DNA of 14,032 nucleotides from a virus. Every line of letters starts with the position of its first letter. The first letter of the stretch is position 1. Of this stretch, positions 12,296-14,032 are shown in pieces. The stretch lies in the UHGV virus genome UHGV-0332040; one strand, given 5' to 3'. Both the position numbers and the translations under genes were made by a program. The notes under the pieces were generated by a model. The model saw only the letters and a list, made by a program, of their open reading frames with translations. It ran no database searches and had not been told where the DNA came from.

Positions 12296-12823
12296 TTAGG
12301 CAGCCTGCAACAAATCGGCTGGCGTTGAGGGATGGTATCTGGCTTTAGCTTTTAGATAGGCAGCACGCGCCGCCGCTTCGGTTGTGAACAAGCCAAGGTG
12401 ATGGCGTACACCATTAACGCGAATGTAAGCCTCCCATTTACCAGAACAAGAATGACGGCTATATCCCTTCGCTTTGCGGTAGTTGTGCTGATTCTCCTGC
12501 GGTGTAACAGCGCGGAGGTTGCCCGGTCGATTATCGGCACGTACAGCGTTAATGTGGTCGATTTGCAGACCGTCAGGGATACCACCATTAGCAATGATGA
12601 AGGCCACGCGATGCGCATAAATCGAGTGCGTCCTGCCGTCGATGCGGACAGACACGCGCCGATACCCGGCGCTGTCCGTTGCGGTGTCAGCCAGTTCCCC
12701 GGCCTCAGCATAAATCCGCTTGTTGATTCCAATTCGGTCTACTGCATGGAACAGGCGGCCAGTCTCCGCATCGTATCGAAATAAAGAGCGTAGCAGCTCA
12801 GGGGCGTAAGCATCATTAACCAT
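12296..12823 (-). CDS. HNH homing endonuclease with C-terminal AP2-like DNA-binding domain (175 aa)
   Basis: IDHINAVRADNRPGNLRAVTPQENQHN is the HNH_3-type motif. The N-terminal YDAETGRLFH...GYRRVSVRIDGRTHSIYAHRVAF is typical of this phage endonuclease family. GKWEAYIRVNGVRHHLGLFTTEAAARAAYLKA looks like an AP2 domain. Confidence 0.85.
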   Translation of the reverse strand: MVNDAYAPELLRSLFRYDAETGRLFHAVDRIGINKRIYAEAGELADTATDSAGYRRVSVRIDGRTHSIYAHRVAFIIANGGIPDGLQIDHINAVRADNRPGNLRAVTPQENQHNYRKAKGYSRHSCSGKWEAYIRVNGVRHHLGLFTTEAAARAAYLKAKARYHPSTPADLLQAA

Positions 12824-12839
12824 GACTCAGCCCCTCCAG

Positions 12840-13835
12840 TTACACAGCTTGTCGGAAATTGATAACGCAGTCAGGGCGGCGCAGTCCAACATTGAACAGG
12901 CGATATGAGTCCATCACCATCGTCATTTCGCGCTCATCATCCCACTGGCGATTGATAACGCTCTGCGCTTCGACTGTCACAAGTACAGACGCAGGCCGGA
13001 ACAGCGTCGCCCGCGTCAGCGCTTCCTCTGAGGTAACGTCATAATCAGCGCCCAGTTCATGCCCGGTAATAGCTTCCTGCGGGTAACTGTTCAGCTCAAT
13101 GACTCGTACCCCAGCGACATAGCCAACTCGACGCCATGCGTAATCGTTGCCACTATCCCGGCTGTAACGGACGTTCATCAGCTTCTTATGTTCCATCAGG
13201 ATGCTGAACCAAGCCGGGTCGATAAGCAGTACCAGCTCGGCCACCGGAATATCTTTCTCAGTGAGAAAGCGATTAGCAGCCGCTTTTACGACGTGAGCCA
13301 ATTCGTTTGCGGCGTCCTCTTCGCTCCCCGCTGTCAGGTCGAGCGATACAACGTTATCCGTTAGTGGGTTAAACGTTGGTTGCAGTGTCGGCGGCGGTAC
13401 AAAGTCAGTCGCTTTGATTAGCTGGATGGTGTGCGCTTCGTCGTAGAATTTAGCGTGAGCAGTACCCATATTGCGGCTCAGCTCTGCGCGAAAGGTGGGC
13501 GCTGTCCAGTCGTCCTGATAGTCAATCGGAATGCGGATATAGCTCAGCGTATCCACAGAGATAATCAGCTTATCCGACTTAACAGCGGTAGGCTCCAGCG
13601 ATTGCCCTGCGGTTCTGCCCTTCACCTCCAGATCACCACTCAGGCGATCAATGCGGTATTGGTTGCTGGCTTTCAGCGGCCTGTATGTAGACAGCCCCTC
13701 TGCCAGAAATACGGATTTGGACTCTAAACGGGTCTGGACATCCCGGTCATAAGCCTCGATGTGAATATCATTGTCGGATTCCACCCCGCCATAATGTGGG
13801 CGAAACAGATCGGGACTGTACGAAGTATCAGTCAT
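12840..13835 (-). CDS. Major capsid protein, T7 gp10-like (HK97 fold) (331 aa)
   Basis: By-eye alignment to T7 gp10A matches two blocks. FRAELSRNMGTAHA aligns with VRSEYTSQLGESLA. The C-terminal LFRPASVLVTVE...GLRRPDCVINF aligns with LFMHRSAVGTVK...GLRPEAAGAVVF. The start is trimmed to the ATG at 13835, with AGGAG 8 nt upstream; the track start at 13880 has no RBS. Confidence 0.75.
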   Translation of the reverse strand: MTDTSYSPDLFRPHYGGVESDNDIHIEAYDRDVQTRLESKSVFLAEGLSTYRPLKASNQYRIDRLSGDLEVKGRTAGQSLEPTAVKSDKLIISVDTLSYIRIPIDYQDDWTAPTFRAELSRNMGTAHAKFYDEAHTIQLIKATDFVPPPTLQPTFNPLTDNVVSLDLTAGSEEDAANELAHVVKAAANRFLTEKDIPVAELVLLIDPAWFSILMEHKKLMNVRYSRDSGNDYAWRRVGYVAGVRVIELNSYPQEAITGHELGADYDVTSEEALTRATLFRPASVLVTVEAQSVINRQWDDEREMTMVMDSYRLFNVGLRRPDCVINFRQAV

Positions 13836-13894
13836 AAACAAAACTCCTACGTAGGTTGATGAAGCCCGCGCCATCGTCATGGCACAGACGTGCG

Positions 13895-13919
13895 GAATCC
13901 TCCCGCCGAGGCAGGATTC
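13895..13919 (-). promoter_or_regulatory. Stable hairpin in the capsid gene leader
   Basis: The minus strand reads GAATCCTGCCTCGGCGGGAGGATTC, giving a 7-bp stem plus 2 further pairs. It lies about 60 nt upstream of the capsid ATG. No U-run follows, so it is not a typical intrinsic terminator. Confidence 0.35.
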
Positions 13920-14032
13920 AGAACGGTATCGATTAAAGGGATGAGGTGCCCCGAAATGGGCGTTTTGAGGCCAGAGCTGGCGCGGTTCTCAGAGGTTAGT
14001 GCGCGTGAAGTAAGGCGAACGTATTACCTTGC

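Larger units (their letters stand above)
1..14032. mobile_element. Segment of an integrative phage-like / capsid-encoding satellite-like element
   Basis: The window combines a tyrosine integrase next to a tRNA-Gly-derived att core with a helicase-based replication operon. It also has an iteron/AT-rich region, a T7 gp10-like capsid gene and an HNH homing endonuclease. Gene packing is phage-like, with overlapping stop/start codons. Confidence 0.6.

Noticed and set aside
13948-13967. GCCCCGAAATGGGCGTTTTG as a plus-strand intrinsic terminator
   Set aside because: The stem is only 3-4 bp, and no plus-strand gene upstream needs terminating.

Overview
This window looks like part of an integrative phage-like or phage-satellite-like element from an enterobacterium. 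All family calls rest on by-eye motif recognition; no searches were run.

- **1-5490:** one tightly packed minus-strand operon of 10 genes. Nearly all have SD sites and several overlap as ATGA/TGATG. It encodes a RecQ-family SF2 helicase with an unassigned ~260-aa N-terminal domain, plus several small HTH and hypothetical proteins.
- **5560-6050:** an iteron-like repeat array, an AT-rich block and a GATC-bearing palindrome. This is a candidate origin or control region.
- **6050-7330:** almost no coding, which is unusual for a phage-like element. It holds a TATAAT promoter feeding a purine-rich structured segment and a convergent 54-codon ORF with its own promoter and operator. It also holds a ~330-440 nt GC/purine-rich hairpin-dense island.
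- **7330-7953:** a small serine recombinase bracketed by collinear direct repeats (6938-7243 and 8063-8210).
- **8537-9180:** a two-gene operon, a 46-codon ORF translationally coupled to a DUF1643-type protein.
- **9460-9900:** an attP-like site. A 28-bp core is identical, as I recall the sequence, to the 3' end of tRNA-Gly(CCC) glyU. Repeated arm motifs lie on both sides.
- **9939-11165:** a tyrosine integrase.
- **11168-13835:** a minus-strand late-like cluster. It has a T7 gp10-like major capsid protein, an HNH-AP2 homing endonuclease, two hypotheticals and a cysteine-depleted endonuclease-VII-like protein. No tail genes follow the capsid gene.

I recognised no rRNA, complete tRNA, CRISPR array or IS element. 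The most interesting part is the 5.5-9.9 kb cargo region, with its non-coding structured islands, recombinase cassette and DUF1643 operon.
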